A DNA stretch of 64,000 nucleotides, taken from assembly GCF_001194135.2 (NCBI RefSeq), contig NC_069002.1, positions 3,513,539 through 3,577,538 of the forward strand, written 5' to 3'. The translations under genes and the position numbers were made by a program. Below the pieces are notes generated by a model that saw only the letters and a program-made list of their open reading frames with translations, did no database searches and was not told the origin of the DNA. Source of the DNA: Octopus bimaculoides (taxonomy: Eukaryota). Positions 35,417 to 48,926 of the stretch are shown piece after piece. Within the stretch, counting starts at the first letter, position 1, and every line of letters starts with the position of its first letter.

Positions 35417-35633
35417 TGAGGGGGTGCTGAAAACTTTCTGGTTTTGAGTAAAAGAAAATACAGGAGGATCAGTTAATCATGATTTTATCCAATATATCCC
35501 CCTCTCAGGTTCACACCCTTATTTCAGTGAGCTTTCACTTTTTCTAATCCCTGTAAAAGAACTCAGAAGGCTGGGCTTCCAACCAGGCCTTTCGTCATCC
35601 CCTTAAAGCCAAGAACTTTTCAGCACCCTCTCA
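35417..35633. mobile_element. Tc1/mariner-type MITE, 217 bp
   Basis: TA|TGAGGGGGTGCTGAAAACTT ... AACTTTTCAGCACCCTCTCA|TA, TIR 18/20 identical, TA on both sides. Confidence 0.85.
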
Positions 35634-37654
35634 TATATTTCTTCCATACAGTTTCTGTCTACCAATTTCATTCACAAGGCATTGGTCAGCCAGGAGCTAT
35701 GGTAGAAGGCATTTGCTCAAGGTACTGTGCAGTGGGACTGAACTTTAAACCATGTTTTAAATTGATCCTCTTAGCCACATATGTCAAATGTATTGCTACT
35801 AAATATAGCATACAATGATATGTGGCTTCACTGAAGGGTTTCATGATACCGAAACATGTTGTGAGTCATGTAGGATACTCTGTATAGGATATTAAATACT
35901 TTTTTGATTCCTCATTACCTTAATTACGATGTCCCCAATTTGAATGTCATAGTTTTGTAGTGTTCTTTGTTAAGGTGTCTCCTTGGTGTTGCCTGTAATA
36001 ATGTCTAATTTCCTTCTGTTTATATTTATTAGTGGTTGAGATTGTTGCACAGTCCTTGGCCATCCCTGATTGACCAGAACTACCTTGCTATAATCAAGGA
36101 TCTGGCTGTGACCCTCCAGGTTTTTTTTTTTGTATATCTCAGGCCACAATATCAAACGTTCTGCCTTTTGGTATGTTGTCATTATGTGTCTCTAGGCCAG
36201 CTTTGATCAATCTTTTGGAATTGAGGTTGTTGGCTTGACTGAGGAGGTGTGATCCACAGATCCATTTTCCCAGTTATAACCATAGCTCTGCTTCAATGAG
36301 GATCATACTGCATGTTCTGATTTGCAGTCACGGATCATATGCAATGCAGTGTGGCAGTCTAGTTATATTTCACTCTCTCACCTCTGTCCAATCTGTTCCT
36401 CTATGCCTGTTGGTTGTGGTGGTGGCCAAACTCACACACAATTATGTACACACGCACAACTAGCTTCTTTCAGTTTCTGTCTATCATATACACTCACAAG
36501 GTTTTGGTTGTCCTGGGGGCAATAGTAGAATAACACTTGCTCAAGAGACCACATAGTGGGACTGAAACCGGAACCATTTGATTGGGAGGCAAGCTTCTTG
36601 ACATACTGCCTATTTGTGTTATAAATGTAGTGGAGGTCTTATAAAGTAACTCCGAGTATGTTTATCTTATCTTAGTTGTGTGTGTGTGTGTGATATGTCA
36701 CTGAGTCTGAATTATTATCTATGTTTGACAGTCTCTGGTGGTGGTGGTGAGAAGCAAAACAGTGGATTTGGCAGGTGTTACTATAACCCTTCAGTTTTCA
36801 GATTACTCTGCCAAATGTATTCCTATTCATTCACATTTGTTTTGAATTAATTATGCGTTATCTCATAGCTTCGAGGTTTCAATGACATGATTGTTTATTT
36901 TTAAATGACATTGTAGGATAGGTGTGAGAAACCAGACCTGGCTGGCTTGGATGTAAAACTGGTTGAATATTTTGGCCAGATGTGGCCGGTCTAAATGCTA
37001 ATGGGTTAAGCCTGTTGTTGTAGAGCCAGCTTGTTAAGAGATTTATGTAACAAGTTGAATGTAACTGGATACAAATGCAAATGCGCAAAGTCTGTGCAGC
37101 AGAAACCTGCTGGTCTTTGCTTCTGTCGTGTTTCTGTCCAAACAGAGCTGGCCTCCCGTTCTCAGAAGTTCAATAAAGTAAGTGCATTAAGTGGTGATAA
37201 ATCTCTATAGATTTGTGCTCTGGCGTACTTGTATATGTCTATAGTGCGGTGTATTCATGGAGAGAGAGATGGTATCTGGCCCGAATATTCTACCTATGTT
37301 ATGTCCAAACTGGCCAGATCCAGCCTTTCACACCTATCCTACAATGTCACTCTAAAAATAGTCACGTCCTCAAAATTTCAAAGCTATGAAATAATGTAGG
37401 ATTAATTGAAAGCAATGTGAATAAATAAGCATTTCATTTGCCAGAGTAAAGTGAATGCTAAAGGGTTAATATCCAGTTGTCGTCTAGTCCCAGGTCAAAC
37501 TTGATCCAGTTCACATATGATCAGAAGCAGTCCAGTTATAACCATCTCATCATGTTTATAAAATGTTACAAGCCCTGTTATTTATTGGTATTTTTGCAGA
37601 TGTTTTTGCTGTATATTCCAGTCTAGCCCTTGAGTCGGCCCTAATTCCGTTGAT

Positions 37655-37884
37655 CAGGGATTCCCAATGCGGGGCATATGCCCCCACCAATAGGACCTGG
37701 GGAAAATTGTGGTGGGGTGTGGTATTCCCAATTTTTTTTTTTTAATGGGACATGGAATTGTGGAAATCTTTTTTCACAGCAAACATACTTCACCAGTACT
37801 TTTCTTTTTCCAACCACTGATGGGACATACTTTTTTCTGGGGAGTTAAAGTGGGGCCTGGGAAAAAATAGGTTGGGAAACACTG
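37655..37884. mobile_element. hAT-like MITE (degenerate)
   Basis: Ends CAGGGATTCCCAA / TTGGGAAACACTG. No recognisable TSD. Confidence 0.5.
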
Positions 37885-38854
37885 TTGTATACACACACAC
37901 AAACATGTTGTTATATACACCTGTATGCATGAAATTTTCTAAACTCTGTAATCAGGCTGTCAGTGGACAATTACCGTTGCATATCAGTTTTCTGGGAGGG
38001 TCCTAGCTCCTAACTCAACCTGTCTCTAATTCTGGTGGAAGGTATGTTATATGTGGTCCCTTGTGGCCCTTCTCACAGTACAACATAACTGATTCTGAGA
38101 GACAGAAAGTGAAGAAATGATCCTAATATTTGTATTTTGTTTATCAATGCCAGAAAGAGGAAAGTCAACATTGACCATAGCAAGATTTGAACTCGGAGCA
38201 CTCAGAAACCCCTCCAAAAATACCACAAGGTATTTTATTGATGCTTCAGCAAGTCTGTTGATTTTCCCACCCTGTCATTGTTTATGTGTGTATATAAACA
38301 TGTGCTATTGTTTACACCTGTGTATGTTGTAGAGTGCTGTGTACATAGACACATGCCATTGTGTGCATACATGCATCTGTGTGTCAATATGGTGACTGTG
38401 CATGGCCCAGCAGCTCAAAATGTGTGCACTCATGATTGCAAGATCATGTTTTTGATTCCTGGACCAGGTAATGTGTTATGTTCTTGAGCAAGACACTTCA
38501 TTTCACATTGCTTTAAGATCACTTTGACATCTGACACATGGTAGACTGTGCACCTGTTTAGGCAATGTCAGTTTGATAGAGGGGTGAGCTAATGTACGGC
38601 GCAAACATTTGATCATTATAAACAAATCATTTGTGCAGTTTCTTCAAGAAACTGCAGAACCATCCTCTGTTATGATAGGAGAGGTCACCAAGTATACCAA
38701 TCTGTACACTTGTATATACATCAATATCATTGTATATATCTGTATACATGTATATACCAATATACTTGTGTGTATGTGTATATATATATATATAATGTAT
38801 AAATGCCATTCACTAAAATGTCTTATCAAATTTCTTTTGAAGTCAGCAACAACT

Positions 38855-39100
38855 CCTTCTTAGATGTCGGAAGTCTGTTTACCAACATTCCAGTGACAGA
38901 AATGATAGAAACCATATCAAATAATGTATACAAACACCCAAGAATAAACCCACCCACAATACCAATTAACGTAGTGTAGAAATTATTTATGTATCTTCTA
39001 TACAACAGAAATACCTTTTCATTGTTCACAATATAAATTATATAATCAGACAGATGGAAATAGCATGGATTCTCCCTTCGGCCCCACTTTTGCTGTTTTT
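38855..39100 (+). pseudogene. Penelope-like retroelement reverse-transcriptase fragment (stop + frameshift)
   Basis: Translation LDVGSLFTNIPVTEMIETISNNVYKHPRINPPTIP...* then, in another frame, YNQTDGNSMDSPFGPTFA. These match the PLE RT motifs DV.SLFTN.P and Y.Q.DG..MGSPL.P..A. Confidence 0.8.
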
Positions 39101-42100
39101 CCTTTGGCTGCTTTAGAAAACAAAGAGGTAGCAAAACCTCTCAAGGCACACTACTAGGAACATGCCCAAAACAAGGTTTGGACATTACATTTTAAAGTCC
39201 CTAATTCTAAACATAACCTATATATATATTAAGACTGTTGGGGTTTGGTTTGAGAGGTTTCACTGCTTTTAGGTGCCAAAATGGCTGAAGGNNNNNNNNN
39301 NNNNNNNNNNNNNNNNNNNNNNNNNNNNNNNNNNNNNNNNNNNNNNNNNNNNNNNNNNNNNNNNNNNNNNNNNNNNNNNNNNNNNNNNNNNNNNNNNNNN
39401 NNNNNNNNNNNNNNNNNNNNNNNNNNNNNNNNNNNNNNNNNNNNNNNNNNNNNNNNNNNNNNNNNNNNNNNNNNNNNNNNNNNNNNNNNNNNNNNNNNNN
39501 NNNNNNNNNNNNNNNNNNNNNNNNNNTGTGTTTGTTCCACCACCTCCCCCCGTCACTGCTTGACAATCGACGTTGGTTTCTTTGGTTCCTTGTAACTTAG
39601 CAGTTCAGCAAACGAGACTGGTAGAATATGTACCTGACTTAAAAATATAATTACGGGAAGGTGTGGGGGGGGGAGGGGTCAGTTCATTCAACTAAACACT
39701 TTAATGGCAATGCCCCAGCATGGCAACAGTCCAATAACTAAAACAAGTAAATAAGAAAAAAAGAAAAGATAAAAGATGCTTGTGGCAGGCTGTGTGTGTC
39801 TGTTCTCTTGTGAGTACATCTGATGTACTTAAAGTCTTTTTTTTTTCCTTGTCAACTTGCCAACGATTCCACTGCACTGATTCCTTCCATTTTGTTTTCG
39901 CTGCTCTCAATCATGTAACAGCCTAGTTTATTAAGCCATGGCTTTCACAGCAATTTCATTTTCTATAGCGTTTAGTCAGTGGCCGTGACCTTTTTGTAGA
40001 AGCTCTGAAAAAGCTGGTCACACTGATTCGGTTTATATTTGGCTTGGACATTAGGCACTGGCAAGGCTGTGTGGTTAATGAGATTGTTTCCCAACCATGT
40101 GGTCTTAGGTTCAGTCCCACTCCACAACAAGTTTACTATCCAAGGTGAGATTTCAACCCCTAACCAACATGAGTTGTGTTTATTACAATACTCGCCAGTT
40201 CCGCCTGACTGGCCCTCGTGCCAGTGGCACCCACTACACTCTCGGAGTGGTTAGCATTAGGAAGGGCATCCAGCTGTAGAAACTCTGCCAAATCAGATTG
40301 GAGCCTGGTGTAGCCATCCGGTTCACCAGTCCTCAGTCAAATCGTTCAACCCATGCTAACATGGAAAGTGGACGTTAAACGATGATGATGATGATGATGA
40401 TATATATATAGCTTTATTGATCCTTGGCGGAATTTGAACTCAGAATGTAAAGACAGACAAAATACCGCTCAGCATTTCGCCCGGTGTGCTAATGGTTCTG
40501 CCAGCTCACCACCATCATACATTGCTAGAACAGTTTGTATATGCAATGCTTTACATTTATGTCAGTCCATTGTGTATGCGTGTGGCTTTTTCAATATTTT
40601 ACACTCCTCTAATTATTTTAGGTTTGATGCACTTTTAATTAACACATTCTAATTCCAGGTCAGAGATGAGTTTGCTGTTATTAAAATTATTTTCCATGCT
40701 ATAAATTTTGTTGTTAGAGTGTACATTTTTTTTTATATCTCGTCTATACCACAGATCCCCAACTACCAGTCTGCTGACTGGTACTGGGCTGCATGTCATT
40801 TGGTCCTTGGTTGCACAGAAAGAAGCTTGCTTCCGAACCACATGGCTCAGGTTTCAGTCCCACTGCATGGCACCTTAGACAAATGTCTTCTACTAGGGCC
40901 TTGGTCTGATCAAAGCCTTGTGAGTGGATTTGGTAGACGGAAACTGAAAGAAACCTATTGTGTGTGTGTCCATGTTTGTCCTCTGCTACTGCTTGGTGAC
41001 CAGTGTTGGTTTGTTTACACCCCCATAACTTAGTGTTTTCAGTAAAAAAAAAAACTGATAAAGTACCAGGCTTAAAAAAGCAATAAGTACTGGGGTCGAT
41101 TTATTTGACTAAAAATTCAAGAGAGTGCCCCAGCATGGCCACAATCTAATGACTGAAACAAAAGATAAAAAAAAACAATGAAGATAATTAAATTGTATAT
41201 CATGCCCTTCATTCTGTTTTGTTATGCATGTGATATCCTGGTCCATGAAAAAAAATTGTCTTGCATGAAAGCCAGTCTGTGGTGTAAAAAATGGTTGGGG
41301 GCTGCTGACCTTCACCCTATTTGAACCATTGTTATCAGATGTTGTTGTTGTCTAGCCCCACATCAGCTCTTATTGAGCAGACTTATGGCATATCGACTGA
41401 ACAACTGTGACTCACCAATCCTTAGCTGTATATAATTCTATATACCTCCATCTAGTTGTGGATCACACTTCACATTCTCACATGTTAATCGCATCGTGGT
41501 TCAGTCTGTCTGTCTGGAAACTGCAAATATTCTTCTTTCATCCTTTCTGTTTTCCCATGCTTTTTGTGGTGGCCACATTGGAAGCAGACAAGGAGAGCTT
41601 ATTGATGCTGTGTATCTCGACCTTTTAATCAGGTTTTTATGAACATTGTCCCAGATTTTATTCCTAAACCAAGGTTAATAATGCTTTTATCTACAAGGCC
41701 AGTGATGTATGTACATTATTATTATTGTAATTTTAGGTTATTTAAATATACCTCTCAGCAATGGCAGCCATATTGAACCGATATCAGCATTGGATTAACT
41801 GATTGAATTATCAATCAGTAGACATTATATGCTCAGTGGTTTTTATTTTCCTAACTTTCTACTGTGATTCTCTATAAAATTAAGGGAATTTCATTCTCGT
41901 GGTCTATAATTTTCTCCCGTGCACCATGTAATTTCGGCCTTTCTGGGTTCTTCTCTCATTAAGGCTTTCTCGTGTTCCTCCATTCTGACCTTTAAAGATT
42001 GACCAGTTTCTGCAAACACATGGTGTGTTATGAACACAGTTATTATGTTCTGGCCAATCCTGGATAGATTTAACCCATTTGTTACCTCATTTCTTGTGAA

Positions 42101-43682
42101 ATACAGTCTTTTTTTTCAATTAATTTTGAAAAAGAAAAAAAAAAAGAAATATCGAAATAATTCTGTCGTTATCAAGCTGGCATTAAAAACATAAATTTAG
42201 CATGAAATTCTGATAGGCTTTAAGATCGTTTTAGAACAGGGAATTTGTATCATAGAACCAGGGGGCAGTTTTGGGTGGGGTGGTGGGTATTAAAATGGTT
42301 ATTCTTTTATTTGTTTCAGTCATTTGACTGTGGCCATGCTGGAGCACCACCTCGAAGGGTTTTAGCCAAACAAATCAACCCCCAGGACTTATTTTTTAAC
42401 GCCGAGTACTTATTCTATCATTCTCTTTTGCCAAATTGTTAAGTTACAGGGACGTAAACACACCAACACCGGTTGTCNNNNNNNNNNNNNNNNNNNNNNN
42501 NNNNNNNNNNNNNNNNNNNNNNNNNNNNNNNNNNNNNNNNNNNNNNNNNNNNNNNNNNNNNNNNNNNNNNNNNNNNNNNNNNNNNNNNNNNNNNNNNNNN
42601 NNNNNNNNNNNNNNNNNNNNNNNNNNNNNNNNNNNNNNNNNNNNNNNNNNNNNNNNNNNNNNNNNNNNNNNNNNNNNNNNNNNNNNNNNNNNNNNNNNNN
42701 NNNNNNNNNNNNNNNNNNNNNNNNNNNNNNNNNNNNNNNNNNNNNNNNNNNNNNNNNNNNNNNNNNNNNNNNNNNNNNNNNNNNNNNNNNNNNNNNNNNN
42801 NNNNNNNNNNNNNNNNNNNNNNNNNNNNNNNNNNNNNNNNNNNNNNNNNNNNNNNNNNNNNNNNNNNNNNNNNNNNNNNNNNNNNNNNNNNNNNNNNNNN
42901 NNNNNNNNNNNNNNNNNNNNNNNNNNNNNNNNNNNNNNNNNNNNNNNNNNNNNNNNNNNNNNNNNNNNNNNNNNNNNNNNNNNNNNNNNNNNNNNNNNNN
43001 NNNNNNNNNNNNNNNNNNNNNNNNNNNNNNNNNNNNNNNNNNNNNNNNNNNNNNNNNNNNNNNNNNNNNNNNNNNNNNNNNNGCATGGAAAGCGGACGTT
43101 AAACGATGATGATGATGATGATGATGTGCATTCTCTGAATTTTCTCTCACAGATCCTGGTGGAATTTGGTCTCGACTCTGTCCTCTGCTTGAGAGTGGAA
43201 CAAATCTTTATTATTTCTATTTTGTTAACTGTCACAGCCTTCACGATGTTTTTGCATTGTATATGTCATTATTGTCATCCTTTAATGTCTGTTTTCCATG
43301 CTGACATGGGTTGGACAGTTTGACCAGAGCTGGCAAGTTGGAGGGCTATGCCATGTTCCAGTCTGATTTGGCATGGTTTCTATGGTCGGATGCCCTTCCT
43401 AATGCCAACCATTTTACAGTGTGTGTTGGGTGCTTTTAATGCGGCACTGGCACAAGATTTTTGCAGGTCGATCCTCTTCAGATATATATTACATAAGTAA
43501 TAAAGTTGTTTATTATGCACTTTATTGTGTTTTTGTTATGTTTGATCCCTTGGTACTGTGAAAAAGCTGTCTTGCATGAAACCAGTCTGGGATGCAAAAA
43601 TGGTCAGGGACCATTGATTAGATAGTTTTCGAATTTGTAGACATGGTTCAGTTAGTGCTGATTTTAATATACGTTGACTATA

Positions 43683-44197
43683 CAAGGCTTGCTCAAAAAG
43701 TAACAGGACTGTTGCTATGGTAACAGAGCTAAACTATACTCGGCACAGACTGACCTTGAACTCTGTTGTGCATGCACAATTTATAGCGTTCTTGGTCACT
43801 TTTGTTGTTTGTAGCAGGGCCTGGAAGTAAAGTGTGTAGATTGTGGTTGTCTCGAAAACAAGATCGGGTTTCAGCCGAACAGGCTCCCCTTGATTGTGTC
43901 AAAAAACTCAAAAAAAAAACTTTTTGAAAATTGTCCTAACGGGTGATGAATTGTAGTTCTCTGGCTATGACCCCGAAACTAAGACCCAGTCTTCACAAAA
44001 AAAAAAACAAGATTTCAAGATGTTAAGGAAATCCAAAAGAATACAATGAAGCAGCTGCTTGCTATCCTGGAAATGAGTTCCAAGAATGCTTCCATCATTG
44101 GAACTGATGCTGGATAAGGCATGTGGCTTCAGAAAGGGACCACTTTGAGGGAAATCAAATGCCAAAATGATGTGTAGCACCTCTTGATCAGGCCTTG
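43683..44197 (+). mobile_element. Internally deleted mariner transposon
   Basis: TA-flanked TIRs (TA)CAAGGCTTGCTCAA / TTGATCAGGCCTTG(TA). Remnants VLTGDEL*FSGYDPETKTQSSQ (first catalytic Asp motif) are fused to RFQDVKEIQKNTMKQLLAI/GNEFQECFHHWN*CWIRHVASERDHFEG (mariner C-terminus). Confidence 0.9.
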
Positions 44198-45042
44198 TAT
44201 TTTGAGCTAATCTATGGGCCGAATTACCTGATCAGAAAGTGTCCAGTTGGAAAACCTGTCTCAGTGTATGGGAGCTGGTTCTTTATCAGGTGTAGACTAA
44301 TAACAGGACGTTATCCAAGCTACAGACCATATATACATACGTACATATCTGTCTGTCTGTCTGTCTGTCTGTCCTCCTCTCATCTCCAATCTTACAGGAC
44401 ATTTTCATATTCTAGTGTGCTACCCAGTATCTGTCTGTCTTATGGCTGTTTGTTTGTTGTACGTTTGTTTTATCTTGTCGTGTTTGTTTTCGTCATTGTC
44501 CTGTACATTTGTTAGCTATTCTCAGTGGCTCTTCGCCACTGGCGCCACCAAAAGTGAACAATATCAGCCTTAAAGGCTCAAAATTGTAACGATCTTTTTG
44601 GATGTTGACTGATGAGAAATAAGCTACAAATTTTCTCTTACATTTTTGCAAAATTTCCCATTTGTTGTGTTTCTGTTAAAATTTTTCATACACATCTCAC
44701 TTCTTTGCTACTTGACACTGAAGTCCGGCCAGTCACTCCAATTGAAAGCTGCTATCACTTGACCCAACATCGGCCAGAGGCTCCGACCTCAGAACACATT
44801 TAGTCAGTCAGCTCTACTACAACTACTACCACCACCACCACCACTGTTACTAGCACTACCATAACAGTCCATTCATCCAACAGATCAGCTTCTTCCTCAA
44901 ATCCACGGTGCCAAAGCCAGCCAGCCAGCCAGCCAGCCTGTCTGTCTGTTGTTCACTAAAACAACATAGTGACATTGATGTTTCTTTCGCTGCTACCATG
45001 TCTGCGGAAGAATATGACTGCATCATATAACAACACTGCTGC

Positions 45043-45074
<32 letters not shown>

Positions 45075-45202
45075 TTTCCCCTCACCCTCTATGTCTACGT
45101 TTGCTCCTACTCCCACACCTGCGCGCGCGCGCGTAACTTGCACTTTTATCTTCTCTCCCTCTAACCTCCCACATTGCTGCTTCGTTTTCCTCTTTGCTTT
45201 CT

Positions 45203-45234
<32 letters not shown>

Positions 45235-48164
45235 GCAAGATGTACATGTGTGAGTGTGAGTGTGCGTGTGTGCGCGTAAGTCGCAGCATCTTAATTTCTG
45301 TTGATCACTGCATGTCTGCGTGTTCGTCAGTCAGTGTGTTATGCATATGCATAACCATACATGTGTGTCTGATATACATGTGTGACATATTCATGCTGAT
45401 ATTCACATGTATAAGTATACACATACTCATACATGTGTGTGTATGTGTGTGTGTGAGTGTGTGTGCTTAGCACGAAATATTTCTGTGTAACCCTTGTACT
45501 GTTATTGCACGCCCATGGCCACGGCGATGTCCCGGTCACCTGTGTCCTGTCTCCCTCCTCATCTAGATTCTTATTTAGTCTGTCCCTTTTTCCTTTTCCT
45601 CGTCTCCCTCGTTGTTTTTTTTTAAATCATTGGTTCGATCTTAGTCACACTTACACACACACACACACACAGATACATGTACACCAACCGACGAATACAC
45701 ATATATACTGACACACAGAGAAGCCAGCGTGGTCATTTGGTCTGTTAGAAATAGCAACAAAATCTCACGATCCTAGAAAAAAAAATCAAAAGACGGGTAA
45801 CAAAAAGGATAAATTACGTAATGTAGTCCTCAGTCTTGTCTGCCTGCAAAAACCGAATAGGGTGATCAAAGAGGGATTGTCTTTGACTATAAGATAGATC
45901 TGCTTCATCGGAGCTAACGCTGACTTGACCTAGGATTAAATAACAATAACTACAACAACAACACATTCTTTCTATATATTTCTATTATGCTCGTCTTCCC
46001 TGCTGTAGCTGTTGTTTTTGTAGCCCTCCGCTGTCGACTAATACGATGGTGTTTGTTGCTGCTACTTTCGCAACGATCGATCTTGTTTATGTTACAGCAA
46101 AGTGGAAAAATAAAAGCGTGTGTCTGTCTGTCTCTGTGCGCGTGGGTATGTAAATGGGTGTTCAGTATATGGATAGATGGGTACACACACACACACAGAT
46201 ACACCGTTTCTTTCTTTTCTTCTTTTTGAGATGTCAGGCTGTTTGCTAGATCTGTCTAAAAATTGTGCATGGCGGTTAAATTTAAGTTGACCACATCCGT
46301 ATGTCTCTCTTCATTCCGCCATTTCCCCTTTTCTCTCTCTCTCTCTGTCTACGCCTCTCTTTTCCGCTATTTTCCTTTTCGATCTATCTATCTTTGATTT
46401 ATTTCAGTCATTTCACTGCTGCCATGCTGGAGCACCGTTCTATCTATCCATCCATCTATCTATCTTATCTATCTGAATTCCTCCTGTCTATTTCTCATAT
46501 CTCTCTCTCTCTCTCTCTCTCTCTCGCTCTACTCTTTCTCTTCCTCTCTCTCTTCCTCCTCCCTTACATATACTCATTCGCCACTAAACAGGATTCAGGT
46601 TTTTCTCCCACTTCTCCTCTCGTCACATCATTGTCTACACAGACAGACAGGTTCAAGACTCAGTCATAGCTATTCAATGATTCTACAGATTTTTTTTGTT
46701 GCGACTGTTTAATTTCAACAATTTCTAGAAAAAATAAAAAAAATAAAACAAAATACAAAATTACATAATAAAATCACCTTATTTTTTCCCGCCTAAAATT
46801 ATTTCTTCCGATGCGTTCATGCTTTAATTCCTGAGTCTTATGATTTTTCCTTGAAAACCTGCAGGTTTTTTTGAAGAATATTTTGCAGGTCCACGGAATT
46901 GTTTACTTACCTAAACGTTTTCAAATCAAATGAAACACACACACACGTAATCTGTGTGTCTGCGTCACCAATTCGATTTCAGCACATTTGGGTGTCTAAA
47001 ATGACTGTGCTTGTAAATCAGTGAAGATGCGTGATGTAGTTGCTTTGGGGGGGCGTTGACTTCGCGATTGTACGTTCAAGTTTTAGTCCGCGCAGAACGT
47101 TATGCCGTTGAACAAGGTTCTTTATCACACGTTGCTGGAATGACATGACCACGGACCCATCACTGGTGCATTCGTCACTTTCTTTAGCTGTCAGATCCTC
47201 TGTGTTCAGCTGAGTCAGGAGTGGGGTAGCCGAGAGAGCCTGTATCAGCTTGTGACGACATAGGCACCTAAAATTATTATCAAAAAGCATAGTGCATGCA
47301 TGGAAGTGATGGCTATGATCTCTCTCTCTCTAAATTGCAAACCCACCTGGACACCCTAAATCCCTCGCCATTTTCCCTACTCTTGATTTATCTTTTTTTT
47401 TTTTTCTATAATTTTATTCTGATGAAGGACCATTGTCTGAAATGTCTTGACATGTTTTTATCACTTTCGCATCCTGCTGTTTTCCATTCAACCTCCTTAC
47501 CAACAACCATCATGTAGCCTTTACTGTCTCTTTCTCATTTCTTCATCTCCTGCCATCCTGTCATTCTCATGGTCTTTGCCTTTGTTTATTATTTTGGTCA
47601 TATTTGCCTTCGAAACATAGGAACCTGGTTGTCTTCATATCACATGGAACTTGTCTTGTTTTAGGAATTCAAGTACTGCTCCCCCTGCCTCCCGACTGAT
47701 GCTGTTCAGTATTTCCTCTGACTAACTTTTTCTCTTTGCCCGTGCCACTGGACTGGCTTCTGTGCAGGTGGTACGTAAAAAACACCATTTGAGTATGGCC
47801 GTTGCCAGTACTGCCTGACTGGCCCTCGTGCCAGGCTATAGCAGAAGATACATGACACTTGCCCAACGTGCTATGCAATGGTATATATGTATATGTGTGT
47901 ATATATATATGTATGTATATGATGGGCTTCGACAGAGTTTTTGTCTGCTAAATTCATTCACAGAGCATCAGTCAGCTTGTGCTAGAGAAGAAGTCACTTG
48001 CTCAAGGTGCTGCATAGTGGGACCGAACCTGCATCTGGGAAGTTGCGAGATGAGCTTCTTAACCACACAGCCGTGTCTGCGCCATCTGAAACCTGCTGCG
48101 TAGTGCGCTGCGAATTAACACACATGTGCAATTATAAGAGGTGACGATGAAAACGAAGAGACCA

Positions 48165-48208
<44 letters not shown>

Positions 48209-48861
48209 ACAGATGCAGTGATGTGTGTAGTAGGAGTATCTGATTCAAGATGAGGCAGACACAGAGAGGCGGATGTACTTTAAATTTTTCTGAAGAAAGC
48301 TTGTGTCTCACTCTTGTCTCAAATGAATGGCGGTGGTGGGCTTGCCTAATTGAAATGGTACAACTTCCTTTACATCGCAACACTTTCTTCTCCCGTGTTT
48401 TTCCTTTCCTTTCTTTTTTTTCTTCTTCTTTGTGTGTGTGTGTTTTGGCAGTACTCCTTTATTGTGTCAATCTTTGCTCNNNNNNNNNNNNNNNNNNNNN
48501 NNNNNNNNNNNNNNNNNNNNNNNNNNNNNNNNNNNNNNNNNNNNNNNNNNNNNNNNNNNNNNNNNNNNNNNNNNNNNNNNNNNNNNNNNNNNNNNNNNNN
48601 NNNNNNNNNNNNNNNNNNNNNNNNNNNNNNNNNNNNNNNNNNNNNNNNNNNNNNNNNNNNNNNNNNNNNNNNNNNNNNNNNNNNNNNNNNNNNNNNNNNN
48701 NNNNNNNNNNNNNNNNNNNNNNNNNNNNNNNNNNNNNNNNNNNNNNNNNNNNNNNNNNNNNNNNNNNNNNNNNNNNNNNNNNNNNNNNNNNNNNNNNNNN
48801 NNNNNNNNNNNNNNNNNNNNNNNNNNNNNNNNNNNNNNNNNNNNNNNNNNNNNNNNNNNNN

Positions 48862-48926
<65 letters not shown>

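Noticed and set aside
35960-36330. Possible degenerate non-LTR retrotransposon C-terminal fragment (minus strand)
   Set aside because: There is only a vague resemblance (RLIKAGL..RHIMTT..ERL) with several frameshifts, too weak to call.
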